A stretch of 64,000 bases of DNA, from assembly GCA_030390025.1 (NCBI GenBank), contig CM059425.1, positions 167,216,001 to 167,280,000 on the forward strand, read 5' to 3'. Below are positions 1 to 11,323 of the stretch, piece by piece. The position numbers and the translations under genes are program-made. The DNA is from Squalus acanthias (taxonomy: Eukaryota). A model generated the notes under the pieces. It searched no databases, was not told the DNA's origin, and was given only the letters and a program-made list of their open reading frames with translations. How positions within the stretch are numbered: the first letter of the stretch is position 1; every line of letters starts with the position of its first letter.

Positions 1-625
1 GCAGAGGAGGATGGTGTTGAATGGGGACTGGTTGGGCCTCTGTTCAAGGAAGAAGTGGAGATCCCTCAGGCTGTCCTGGTGGGGGATGGAAGTGTTGAGG
101 GATTAGATGTCCATGGTGAAAAGGAGACGGTTAGAGTCAGGAAACTGGAAACTGTTAAGTTGGCGGAGGGCGTCAGAAGAGTCACGGATGTAGATGGGAA
201 GAGACAGAACAGGGGAGAAAAAATAGAGTCAAGATAGGAAGAAATAAGTTCCGCTGGCCAAGAACAGGCTGAAACGATGGGTCTACCAGGACAGTCCTGT
301 TTGTGGATCTTGGTAAGGAGGTAGAAGCAGGCAGTGTAGGGTTGGGGGACTATGAGGTTGGAAGCCATGAAGGGAAGATCTCCAGTGGAGGTGAGGTCAG
401 TGACAATCTTGGAAATGATGGCTTGATGTTCGGTAGTGGGGTCATGGTCCAGGGGGGAGGTAGGAGGAGGTGTCAGAGTTGCCGTTCAGCTTCCGCAAGG
501 TTGAAGTTGGTTTGCCAAACAACAAAGGTCATCGACTGAAACGTTAATTCTGTTTCTCTCTCCACAGATATTTACAGCATTTTCTGTTCAGATTTCAGAT
601 TTTCAGCATCTGCAGTATTTTGCTG
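1..625 (-). mobile_element. Penelope-like retroelement fragment (RT remnant plus terminal-repeat/tail sequence)
   Basis: Minus ORF 66..368 has LTKIHKQDCPGRPIVSAC, matching the Penelope RT motif LPKIHK..PGRPIVS. It is followed by AAAGGTCATCGACTGAAACGTTAA...CTCTCTCCACAGAT...CAGCATCTGCAGTATTTTGC, a tail type that recurs at 12286-12364 and 16298-16360. Confidence 0.75.
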
Positions 626-2149
626 CTGCTGCTGATATTGATCTTGTTGGTGATAGCAGCAAAGAGATCTTGCTGTAGGAAGTGCAGCAGAGGAGGGAAG
701 TACTATTTTTCCACCATGGCTATATAGTTTCCTAGGCTATGGGCAGAAGAGCATGGTAAAAGGTGCCCACTGGATCCTCTTATTTATGCTCTGAACCAGC
801 TACTGCTAGCATGATCTCTTACCTACAATGCATGCATTCCTTCGCTTTCTTGCACCTTTCCATAGGTATCCATGATGCTCCTCTGTGCACTTTCCTGTGG
901 TGCATTTCACTGGTGCACAAGTTTAACCTGAATTGGGACTTTGTTGTCAGCAAAGAAAGATTAAATTCCCCTTTGTCCCTTCTCAGCACATTCCTGAAGG
1001 ACTGTATTCAGGCTGGAGTTGGCATCCATCAATATTAGTCAATAATTTGGATAGATGCCCTTGAATCTTCCAATTAATACACTCAAAATTCCCTCTGGAT
1101 CTGTTCATCACCTTATCCGACGTTAACTTGCAGTTCAAGATGCACCAGATCCACAGATAAGCCTGCCAGCAATAAAATATTATTTGTGAAAAGATGTGCC
1201 GCAGCAGTTTCAGAAGTGGCCAGAACAGGCACTTTTGGCAGGACTTTTCACCATCCCACCATCATGACCACCACCCAGTTTCATGGGTCAGGGGTCACGT
1301 AATATGCAGAACAGGCTCTTGGTAGGATTCTCACTGCCAAGAAACAGCCCACCATTGCAGAAGAAGAGAACCCAGTCGTGTTGCAGCAGGTCTGCCACTA
1401 CAGCACTAAAAGAGCCCCAAAGATTAAGAAACCTACCAGATTGTAAGCCTAGAGCAAGGCCAAGGCCTACAAAAGTGAGGAGCAAATTCTGGGTTTTATC
1501 GTTGCTACTCTGGGCCTACCACCACCTTACTCCAGGCAGTCACCCAGGGAGCAGCAGTAAAAGGGAGGAACAGCAGCAGAGTCAGCCAGGAAGCCGAGAC
1601 TGATGTACTCGACAGCATTTTCATACAGTGGCTAGGAAGGGGTGGCCAACAGTAGTCCTGGCAGGGCGAGAAAAGGGAAATGCAACTCAGTGTGGCATCA
1701 TGGAGTTGGTCTTACTGCCTGATTTTGCCCCCTTTCCACCGCTATCACAGATAGTGGAAGAAAATCAAGCCCGTGATGCGATCCAACACATCATTGATGA
1801 AGACATTGAAAAGCATGGATGAGAATGGGTAACCTTGCTTCTTTTCAGAGATATAAATTTAGTGATTCTCTCATCTACCCTTTAAAAGGTCTTGGAACAC
1901 AAAATGTGATTACAAAGAATTCACTGAAAGTATCCATTCAATCAACAAGATTAATTAAATACTAGGATGCACCTCAAGGACATCTGATAGCAAGTAAAAG
2001 CAGATTCGTTTAACCCTTTATAATAGTGGGAAAATTAGAATATGGAGGGAAAATATTCAACGTGTGCCATTGTAGCAAAATCGTAAACCTGTTCTTTGTG
2101 GACGGGTCTACAATTTCATTACACATAGCACACAGAGGAAATCTTCCGA

Positions 2150-2270
2150 CATTGTGTCCAGTTGTGGTACCTTATCTCCAAAGGGATATTGAGATATCGC
2201 AGCAGGTTCAGAGAAGAATGACCAACATAATCTTGGGATTCAAATTTAATACAAAATTATGAACAAAGAC
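2150..2270 (+). mobile_element. Short degenerate CR1 RT C-terminal fragment
   Basis: Translation PYLQRDIEISQQVQRRMTNII resembles [21 protein letters not shown] in the intact CR1 of this window. Confidence 0.55.
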
Positions 2271-2275
2271 GCATA

Positions 2276-2506
2276 GGGGTAGATTTTTTATTTTACTGCA
2301 AGGGCGTTAATCATCATCTAGGTGGGGAGCAAAAGGGGATTACACGCCCATAGCGGAATCCACCTGATTTTCTTCCATTTAAGATAATGGAAGGAAATTC
2401 GTGTGGATTCCTTAACAGGTGTACAATCCTCCCTGCTCAATTTTCCTCTTTGTACTCTTCCTAGGTGATGCTTAATGCCCACGCGGTAAAGATAAAATTC
2501 TATCCC
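2276..2506. mobile_element. Harbinger-type MITE
   Basis: Ends are GGGGTAGATTTT and AAAATTCTATCCC (imperfect TIRs), with ATA on both sides (2273-2275, 2507-2509) as a 3-bp TSD. Confidence 0.6.
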
Positions 2507-2944
2507 ATAGGGTGCAATTTGCTTAACTGTTCTCTTACCTCGGCTGCTGCTGCCACTAGGGTTGCACTTCGTAGAAGCACTAGATTACGCAAGAGCACTT
2601 ACAGATAACCACTAAGGATAAGCACCAGGGTGAATAGTTCAATATTTGTAAGCGCTGTTGGTTGTGTAATGTTTCCCTTGTTTGTTTTTAATGTAGATAA
2701 AGAGTGATGATGGTACTTGTGTCGTGGTGGAATTGGTGGTCTTTTTTATTGTGATCTTCATGGAGAAGGGGTTGAAAGGATTGAGTGCTGATGATAGACT
2801 GCCTGATGCATCATAAGTCGAGGAAGGAGCATCATGTGGCAACAGTGCTCTGGAGTCTTATGGTGGAGCACATCTCTCAAAAGCGCTCTTCAATTAGATG
2901 GCGGCGAGCGTCCCTCCCATGTGCGGGCTGTCTACCTGGAAGCC

Positions 2945-4053
2945 TCAGGTGCTCCCCCGGTTTCCCTCCTCTTCCTCCTTCTCCTCTTGTGGCTCCTCAG
3001 CTTGACCCTCTGGCACAATTGCTGGTGGTAATGGCTGATCTCTCATGATCGCCAGATTGTGGAGCATAGATAAAATCACCATGGATCTGGACATCTTCTT
3101 GGCCGAGTACTGTAGAGCACCTCCTGACTGGCCAAGGCATCTAAACCTCTGCTTGAGGACCCCAATAGTTTGCTCAATTATATTCCTGGTGGCTGAGTGG
3201 CTCTCATTGTGTGAGTGCTCAGCTGGTGGCTGAGGGTTTCTCAGGGGAGTCATGAGCCATGGCATCAGACGGAATCCCTTGTCACCTAGTAGCCAGTCAT
3301 GTACATTGCATTGGGGCTCAAAGATCTGTGGGATGGATGATTGTCTCATTATAAATGCATCGTGGCAGCTCCCTGGATAGCAGGAATTCACCTGCATGAT
3401 GCACTGCCGGTGGTCACAGAAAAGCTGTACATTAAGGGAATGAAATCCCTTCCTGTTCCTGAACACCTCTGAGTTTAAATGAGGGGCTCGCATGGTCACA
3501 GGTGTACAATCAATGGCGCCCTGGGCCATGGGGAATTCCACAATCCTGTCGAATCCTAGAGCTCTCTGCCTCTGGTCTACTCTGGCAATAAGGAATGATA
3601 TATAGTCATTCCTCAGAGCATATAGAGCCGCAGAAACCTCCCTTATGCAGAAGTGCACAGAGGATTGTGAGATGTGACTTATATCACCTGTGGCAGCCTG
3701 GAAGATTCCAGTGGCATAAAAATTAAGTCCTACTGTGACTTTGACTGTCACAGGCAATATAGTCCTGGCTGTGCTGCGATGTCTTGTGTCTTCGTTCCAC
3801 GAGGCCACAGATCTCCCTGTAATGACCTCCTTGGTAAAATGCAGCCTCCTCATGCACTGGTCTTGGGTCATGTGAATATAGCAGTAGTGCTCTCTGAAGA
3901 CCCTGGGTGGATAGGGCCTCCTGCTGAGAGCCCTCCTGTCCCACCTGTCCCTCTCTCCCTCTCTCCTGCAGCAGCTGGTGCTGCTCTGCCTGGCCTCATC
4001 TCCTCCTCCAATTCCAGATCAAGGTGGACCCCTAGCAAATTGTCCATGACCAA
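2945..4053 (-). pseudogene. PIF/Harbinger (HARBI1-like) DDE transposase, N-terminal region disrupted
   Basis: ORF 2945..3871 has GAIDCT, NRKGFHSLNVQ, YPGSCHD, WLLGDKG, IEQTIGVLKQRFRCL and an acidic C-terminus. The N-terminal part lies in another frame (3868..4053). Confidence 0.85.
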
Positions 4054-4129
4054 GCAGTCCCTTTCTCCTGGTGACTCCTACAAGGTGTCTAATAAGGCAG
4101 AGTAGCACAGCACTCACTCTTTTTAGGTG

Positions 4130-4608
4130 AAGTACTGAGAGAATATCTGGGAAAAATGTTGACAGAGTGTTGGTGAAGTCTTGACAAAGTGTTCCAGAAA
4201 GTTTCCCGATGCGTCCCAAGAGTCTTCTTCCAACGCAATGTAGTCATAGTCGATCCCAATCAGCAAGTGAACAGTGAAAGCTAAGCATGGCTTTAAGTAG
4301 CGCTCAAAATCCTCAGCAACAACTTGTTTACTCCTGTTCAGCTGGTCGCTGTTGGAGAGGTCGTTAAATGAAGCATTGCCCACCAAAATGCCGTGCAGCC
4401 TCTTTAATGAACGCTAGCAGGCAATTTAATTGTCAATCAGCCCCTTAACGATCTTCTGGGCAGCTGTTCCTAGTGCAAGCTTCAACTCCTTTACCAAGGT
4501 GGTGCCTTGTGCTAAGCGTGAGCTAAACTGGCATAGCAGCTTAAGATTCCATCTTGGCCACGTCGGAGGCTCTTTATCACCTAAAGTATTCGGCCAAAAT
4601 CGCCCTCC
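4130..4608 (-). mobile_element. Transposase-side terminus of the same Harbinger element
   Basis: Ends in AAAATCGCCCTCC. The region is the reverse complement of 53546-53996, which begins GGGGGCGATTTT. Confidence 0.6.
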
Positions 4609-4729
4609 TTAATTCTATAAATATATTAGAGCTGAAATTCTACAGTGGCAGCACAAGCATTTTTTCAGTAACACATTCCATGTTTCAGAAATGGAGAGGG
4701 GACCGCCCCAAGTTTCCAGAGGTCCCCTC

Positions 4730-5935
4730 ATTTGCATACTACTGATGCAGTCCCAGCAGTGTGCATCATGTTCTGGGAGTGTGGAGGCTCGGGGGAGGGG
4801 GAGCGTGGCAGGAGCACTGCTTGTCATGATACCTCTGCAGCTGTAAATTTGCTTAACTGTTCTCTCACCTCTATCTTCAATGCCCTTGTCCTCAGCAAAT
4901 TGATCACCCTTGCCCATGTCTGTCATTCCCTCGTACAGTCCCATCTTTGCTCCCTAAGGGGCAAACATTTATGAGCACTGACTTACTTCAAGCACTAATG
5001 TGCTTTGCTCTCCTCTGCTAAAAGTGCACACTATTTCAGGATCATCCTAGAAGACAAGAATAATTCCAGGTTCCTATTTTCTATGACCAACCACCTCCTT
5101 AAACCCCTTTCCCATACACCCTCCTCCATCACCTCTAATACCAATTGTGAGACGTTTGTAGATTTTGTTTCCCAAGTCAAGGCCATCGATGCAGCTGTCT
5201 CTGCTGCATCCCTCCTTCTTGCTACCCATTCCCTCAGCCCTCTACCTACAACAGCCTTGAAGCCCTATATCCATTATCAAGCTCCTTTTAAAAGGAGTTA
5301 CTTTCTCCCCTATGTCCCTCTTGCCCTCTCCCAGCTAATCTCATCCATAAGACCCACCTTGTCATTGCTTCTCAACTCTGTGCACATCCCTCACATAACC
5401 TTATTTGAATCCCTCCAGTCTGGATTTCACTCTTCTCATAGCACTGAAAAGACCCCAACCAAAGTCATCGACGTGTGACTTTAGTGCATTATCCCTCCTC
5501 GTCCTTCTCGGCTTCCACTGCATTTTAGAAATTCAACGACACCATCCTCCTCCAATGCCTCTCCTCCTTTGTCCAGCTCAGTGGGGTTGCAATAGATTCC
5601 ATTCCTACCTTTCTGAATGCAGCCAGTACACCTCAACAGTGGCTTCTCTTCCTACAGCACACAGTCACCTCCATTGTCCCCATAGATCTACCCTTAAGAC
5701 TTTCCTCAGCACCATGCTGCCACTTGGCATTATCATCCACAGACATGGGATTAGCTTCCACATGGATGCAGATGACACCCAGCTCTCTATCTCCACCACC
5801 TCCCTCAATCTCCTGATTGCCTCTGTTTTTTCATATTGCTTGTACACATCCAGTCCTGGATGAGTCGCAAGTTCCTCCAGCTCAAAATGGAAAGACTTAA
5901 GTCACTATTTTCAGCCCCCACTGCAAACTCCATTC
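4730..5935 (+). mobile_element. Degraded L2-type LINE fragment
   Basis: LFESLQSGFH, MLPLGIIIHRHGISFHMDADDTQL (RT YADD region) in broken frames. Homologous to 39108-40858. Confidence 0.75.
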
Positions 5936-5936
5936 C

Positions 5937-6540
5937 AAGGATGTCTTACTACACTTATACAGGGCCTTGGTGAGACCACACCTGGAGTACTGTGTGCAGT
6001 TTTGGTTTCTTACCTAAGAAAGGATATACTTGCCATAGAGGGAGTGCAGCAAAGGTTCACCAGACTGATTCCTGGGATGGCAGGACTGTCGTATGAGAGA
6101 TTGGGTCGACTAGGCCTGTATTCACTAGAGTTTAGAAGAATGAGAGGGGATCTCATTGAAACATATAAAATTCTGACAGGGCTAGACAGACTGGATGCAG
6201 GGAGGATGTTTCCCCTGGCTGGGGCATCTAGAACGAGGGGTCACAGTCTCAGGATACGGGGTAAGACATTTAGGACTGAGATGAGGAGAAATTTCTTCAC
6301 TCAGAGGGTGGTGAACCTGTGGAATTCTCTACCACAGAAGGCTGTGGAGGCCAATTCACTGAATATATTTAAGAAGGAGATAGATAGATTTCTAGACACA
6401 AAAGGCATCAAGGGGTATGGGGAGAGAGTGGGAATATGGTATTGAGATAGAGGATCAGCCATGATCATATTGAATGGCGGAGAAGGCTCAAAGGGCCGAA
6501 TGGCCTACTCCTGCTCCTATTTTTCTGTGTTTCTATGTTC
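5937..6540 (+). mobile_element. 5'-truncated CR1 LINE 3' end
   Basis: ORF 6002..6445 is the CR1 ORF2 C-terminus (RLGLYSLEFRRMRGDLIETYK). 3' tail GGCCGAATGGCCTACTCCTGCTCC...TTTCTATG. Confidence 0.9.
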
Positions 6541-7241
6541 CTATAAAGAAGGAATTCACTATCTCAGAGAGGTTTGCCATAGTAAGCAACTGTTGTTCTT
6601 TTCTCTTCACAATGTTTTGTGATGGCATGCCTGATACACACACAAAATCTGCATACTCACCTGTGAAGCTTTCTTGGGGAGAAAATTTGTGTTTGCCACG
6701 GCAACTGGAGTTAACAGCCGCTGAAAATGGCTGCAGCGCTAACGGGGCAAAATTCGTCTGGGGTGCAGGAGATTGTTGGCGCAGCGCTTACTTGCCGTAA
6801 AACACCTTGCAATGCCGTGCAACACTGTCCTGGTGGCATTGCTGGAGTCAGCCGAGATGAAGTTCCTGTGCAGGAGCGGCGTTGCAGCTTCCCACTGCCT
6901 CTAGAAGCGAGGCTGTGGAGCTCGCAAGGAATTGTGGGTAATGAAGAGGTCTGCGAATTAAAGGGGCCATGCACTCTGAAGCAATACAAATTAAAATGAA
7001 GTGAGACATAAGAACATAAGAACATAAGAAATAGGAGCAGGAGTAGGCCAATTGGCCCCTCGAGCCTGCTCCGCCATTCAATAAGATCATGGCTGATCTG
7101 ATCCTAACCGCCAATCTACTATCACAGAACCATCTCCTGAACCTAACAGAATTGGACACACGAAATAGGAGCAGAATCAGGCTACACGGCCCCTGGGCCC
7201 GCTACGCTACCCACAGGGCCATGACCGATCCGAACCTAGAC

Positions 7242-10193
7242 TCATGTCCAAATTCCTGCCCGTCCCCCGTAACCTTTAATTCCCTTTACTTCTAGGAAAC
7301 TGTCTATTTCTGTTTTAAATTTATGTAATGATGTAGCTTCTACAGCTTTTTGGGGCAGCATATTCCATGGACCTACCACCCTCTGAGTGAAATAGTTCCT
7401 TCTCATCTCAGTTTTGAAAGAGCAGCCCCTTATTCTAAGACTATGCCCCCTAGTTCTAGTTTCACCCATCATCGGGAACATCCTCCCCGCATCCACCCGA
7501 TCCAACCCCTTCACAATCTTATATGTTTCAATAAGATCGCCTCTCATTCTTCTGAACTCCAATGAGTAGAGTCCCAATCTACCCAACCTCTCCTCATATG
7601 TCCATCCCCTCATCCCCGGGATTAACCGAGTGAACCTTCTTTGTACTGACTCGAGAGCAAGTATGTCTTTTCTTAAGTATGGACACCAAAATTGTATGCA
7701 GTATTCCAGGTGCGGTCTCACCAATACCTTGTACAACTGAAGCAATACCTCCCTATTTTTATATTCTATCCCCTTAGCAATGAAAGCCAACATTCCATTG
7801 GCCTTCTTAATCACTTGCTGCACCTGCATACTAACCTTTTGAGTTTCGTGCACCAGGACCCCCAGATCCCTTTGTACTTCAGTACTTTCCAGTTTCTTGC
7901 CATTTAGATAATAACTTGCTCTACTATTTTTCCTGCCAAAGTGCATAACCTCACACTTTCCAGTATTGTATTCCATCTGCCAAATCTCTGCCCACTTACT
8001 TAGCCTGTCTATGTCCCCTTGCAGATTTTTTATGTCCTCCTCACTCACTACTTTCCCTCCCATCTTAGTATCATCTGCAAACTTTGATATGTTACACTCG
8101 GTCCCCTCCTCCAAATCGTTAATATAGATTGTAAAGAGTTGGGGACCCAGCACTGACCCCTGCGGAACACCACTAGTTACTGATTGCCAGTCTGAGAATG
8201 AACCATTTATCCCAACTCTCTGCCTTCTGTTAGATAGCCAATCCTCTATCCATGCCAGAATATTACCCCCAATCCCGTGATTTTTTATCTTAAGCAATAA
8301 TCTTTTGTGTGGCACCTTGTCAAATGCCTTTTGGAAGTCTAAATACACCACATCCACTGGTTCCCCTTTATCCACCCTGTGTGTTACTTCCTCAAAGAAC
8401 TCCAGCAAATTTGTCAAACATGACTTCCCCTTCATAAAACCATGCTGACTTTGTCCTATTAAATTATGATTATCCAAATGTCCCGTTACTGTCTCCTTAA
8501 TAATGGACTCCAAAATTTTACCTACCACAGATGTTAGGCTAACCGGTCTATAGTTTCCAGCCTTCTGACTACTGCCCTTTTTAAATAAGGGTGTTACATT
8601 AGCAGTTTTCCAGTCTGCCGGGATCTTTGCTGAGTCCAGGGAGTTTTGGAAAATTATTACCAATGCATCCACAATCCCTACCGCCACTTCCCTCAAGACC
8701 CTAGGATGTAAGCCATCAGGTCCAGGTGATTTATCCGCCTTGAGTCCCATTATTTTACCGAGTACCACTTCCTTAGTGATTTTGATCGTGTTTAGCTCCT
8801 CCCCCCCTATAGCCCCCTGTTTGTCCAGTGTTGGGATATTCTTAGTGTCCTCTACTGTAAAGACTGATACAAAATATTCATTCAGTGTATTTGCCATCTC
8901 CATATTTCCCACCATTAATTTCCCGGTCTCATCCTCTAAGGGACCAACATTTACTTTAGCCACCCTTTTTCTTTTTATATAACTATAAAAACTCTTACTA
9001 TCTGTTTTTATATTTTTTGCTAATTTACTTTCATAATCTATCTTCCCTTTCTTAATCAATCTTTTTGTTATTTTTTGCTGTCTTTTAAAGTTTTCCCAAT
9101 CCTCTATCCTCCCACTAGATTTTGCTACCTTATAAGCCCTTGTTTTTAGTCGAATATTATCCTTAATTTCTTTACTTAGCCATGGATGACTGTCTTTTCT
9201 TTTAAACCCTTTTCTTCTCAGTGGAATATATATTTTTTGGAAGTTGTAAAATAACTCCTTAAATGTACACCACTGATCATGTATCGTCTTACCCTTTAAT
9301 CTATTTTCCCAATCCACTCTACTCAATTCTGCTCGCATACCTTCATAATCTCCTTTATTCAAGCTTAGCACGCTTGTTTGAGATCCAACCTTCTCACCCT
9401 CTAATTGAATATGGAATTCAACCATGTTATGGTCACTCATTCCAAGGGGATCCTTTACTAAGACATTTTTAATTAATCCTGTCTCGTTACACAGGACCAG
9501 ATCTAAGGTTGCTTGCCCCCTGGTCGGTTCAGTTACATACTGCTCAAGAAACCCATCCCTAATACACTCAATGAACTCATCTTCAAGGCAGCCCTGCCCA
9601 ATTTGATTTGTCCAATTAATATGATAGTTAAAATCCCCCATAATTAAAGATGTTCCCTTATTACAAGCCTCAACTATTTCCTGATTGATACTCCGTCCAA
9701 CAGAGTTGCAACTGTTCGGAGGCCTATAGACTACGCCCACTAATGTTTTTTTCCCCTTATTATTCCTTATCTCCACCCAAACTGTTTCATTATCCTGATC
9801 TTTTGACCCAATATCATTTCTCTGTATTACAGTGATTCCTTCCTTTATTAACATAGCCACCCCACCTTCCCTTCCTTCCTGCCTGTCCTTCCTGATCGTT
9901 AAATAACCTGGTATGTTTAATTCCCAGGCATTGTCACCCTGCAGCCATGTTTCTGTAATGGCCACAAGATCATACCCATATGTAGTTATTTGTGCCATTA
10001 ACTCGTCTATTTTGTTACGAATGCTACGTGCATTCAGATAGAGAACTTTCAAATATGTTTTGTGACACTTAGTTCCTGCTTTTGCCCTTTTTATTACTTT
10101 ACCTTTTACTCCATACCTTCTGCCCCTTCCTGACACACTCTGGTTTTTAATTTCCCCACTGCTACCTAAGTCTATGACCTTCTCTGTTGTCAT
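7242..10193 (-). CDS. CR1 ORF2: APE endonuclease + reverse transcriptase (983 aa)
   Basis: EN motifs YLNARS, AITETW, MGDFN, SDHN. RT motifs [31 protein letters not shown]. No stops. Confidence 0.95.
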   Translation of the reverse strand: MTTEKVIDLGSSGEIKNQSVSGRGRRYGVKGKVIKRAKAGTKCHKTYLKVLYLNARSIRNKIDELMAQITTYGYDLVAITETWLQGDNAWELNIPGYLTIRKDRQEGREGGVAMLIKEGITVIQRNDIGSKDQDNETVWVEIRNNKGKKTLVGVVYRPPNSCNSVGRSINQEIVEACNKGTSLIMGDFNYHINWTNQIGQGCLEDEFIECIRDGFLEQYVTEPTRGQATLDLVLCNETGLIKNVLVKDPLGMSDHNMVEFHIQLEGEKVGSQTSVLSLNKGDYEGMRAELSRVDWENRLKGKTIHDQWCTFKELFYNFQKIYIPLRRKGFKRKDSHPWLSKEIKDNIRLKTRAYKVAKSSGRIEDWENFKRQQKITKRLIKKGKIDYESKLAKNIKTDSKSFYSYIKRKRVAKVNVGPLEDETGKLMVGNMEMANTLNEYFVSVFTVEDTKNIPTLDKQGAIGGEELNTIKITKEVVLGKIMGLKADKSPGPDGLHPRVLREVAVGIVDALVIIFQNSLDSAKIPADWKTANVTPLFKKGSSQKAGNYRPVSLTSVVGKILESIIKETVTGHLDNHNLIGQSQHGFMKGKSCLTNLLEFFEEVTHRVDKGEPVDVVYLDFQKAFDKVPHKRLLLKIKNHGIGGNILAWIEDWLSNRRQRVGINGSFSDWQSVTSGVPQGSVLGPQLFTIYINDLEEGTECNISKFADDTKMGGKVVSEEDIKNLQGDIDRLSKWAEIWQMEYNTGKCEVMHFGRKNSRASYYLNGKKLESTEVQRDLGVLVHETQKVSMQVQQVIKKANGMLAFIAKGIEYKNREVLLQLYKVLVRPHLEYCIQFWCPYLRKDILALESVQRRFTRLIPGMRGWTYEERLGRLGLYSLEFRRMRGDLIETYKIVKGLDRVDAGRMFPMMGETRTRGHSLRIRGCSFKTEMRRNYFTQRVVGPWNMLPQKAVEATSLHKFKTEIDSFLEVKGIKGYGGRAGIWT

Positions 10194-10231
10194 TTTTATT
10201 ATTTGCTCTCTAGGAACCTCCCCCCCGCTAG

Positions 10232-11185
10232 TTAGTTTAAAGCCCTCTCTACAGCCCTAGTTATATGATCCGCCAGGACTCTAGTCCCAGCACTGGCCAA
10301 GTGAAGCCCGTCCCAACGGAACAGCTCCCTCCTGCCCCAGTACTGGTGCCAGTGTCCCAGGAAGCAAAACCCATTTCTCCCACACCAGTCTTTGAGCCAC
10401 TCATTTAACTCTCTAATTTTATTTTTCCTAGCCAAATTCACTCGTGGCTCAGGTAATAATCCAGAGATTAATACCCTTGAGGTTCTGTTTTTTAATTTGA
10501 CCCCTAGCTGCTCATACTCCTTTAACAGAACCTGCTTCCTTGTCCTATCTACGTCGTTTGTACCAACATGGACCACGACAACTGGATCCACCCCCTCCCA
10601 CTGCAAGTTTCTTTCCAGCCCAGAGGAGATGTCCTTAACCCTGGCACCGGGCAGGCAACACAGCCTACGGGACTCTTGCTCTCGGCTGCAGAGAACTCTA
10701 TCTATCCCCCGAATAATACTATCCCCTACCACTACAACATTTCTATTTACTCCCCCCTCTTGAATGGCCCCCCGTTCCACGGTGCTGTGGCCAGGTTGCT
10801 CATCCTCCCTGCAGTCCCTGCTCCTGTCCCCACAGGGAGTAAGAACCTCGAACCTGTTGGACAAGAGCAAGGGCTGCGGCTCCTCCAACACTACCTCCTG
10901 GATCCCCGTACCTGCCTCACTCGTAGTCACACCGTCCTGTCCCTGACCATGGGCTACATCTGAATTAATTAACTTCATAGGTGTGACCACCTCCTGAAAC
11001 ACAAAGTCCAGGTACTTCTCCCCCACCCTGATGTGTCGCAGTGTCTGAAGCTCAGACTCCAGCTCATCAATACGGAGCTGGAGTTCCTGTAGCAGCAGAC
11101 ACTTGTCACAGATGTAATCACCGTGAGCCTCAATGGGGTCCACCGGCTCCCACATCTCGCAACAGTAACACATCACCTGCTCCAT
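10232..11185 (-). CDS. CR1 ORF1: Cys-rich N-terminus, coiled coil, SGNH/GDSL esterase
   Basis: CYCC...CDKC, heptad LQLRIDELESELQTL, SGNH blocks VGDS, PGA, GTND, DGLH. ATG at 11185; the ORF-track start at 11197 lies outside the element, in the flank. Confidence 0.9.
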   Translation of the reverse strand: MEQVMCYCCEMWEPVDPIEAHGDYICDKCLLLQELQLRIDELESELQTLRHIRVGEKYLDFVFQEVVTPMKLINSDVAHGQGQDGVTTSEAGTGIQEVVLEEPQPLLLSNRFEVLTPCGDRSRDCREDEQPGHSTVERGAIQEGGVNRNVVVVGDSIIRGIDRVLCSREQESRRLCCLPGARVKDISSGLERNLQWEGVDPVVVVHVGTNDVDRTRKQVLLKEYEQLGVKLKNRTSRVLISGLLPEPRVNLARKNKIRELNEWLKDWCGRNGFCFLGHWHQYWGRRELFRWDGLHLASAGTRVLADHITRAVERALN

Positions 11186-11323
11186 TCTATGAGACAATAT
11201 AGTTTTCAGCCTCTTCTGCCTTTAAAAAAAAAATTAATATTAAAAAGTCCCAAATGTGAATATTCAGCTCTTAAAGCTGAATTCCCTTTCCAAAATTGGA
11301 AAAATGCCTCAGCACTAACAGAA

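Larger units (their letters stand above)
7009..11189 (-). mobile_element. CR1 LINE with both ORFs open, 5' UTR truncated
   Basis: Two long uninterrupted ORFs, (CATAAGAA)n octamer tail at ~7007-7030, candidate TSD TGAGACA at 7002-7008 and 11190-11196. Confidence 0.95.

Noticed and set aside
630..1830. Several 60-106 aa ORFs
   Set aside because: No recognisable domains, consistent splice structure or homology within the window.
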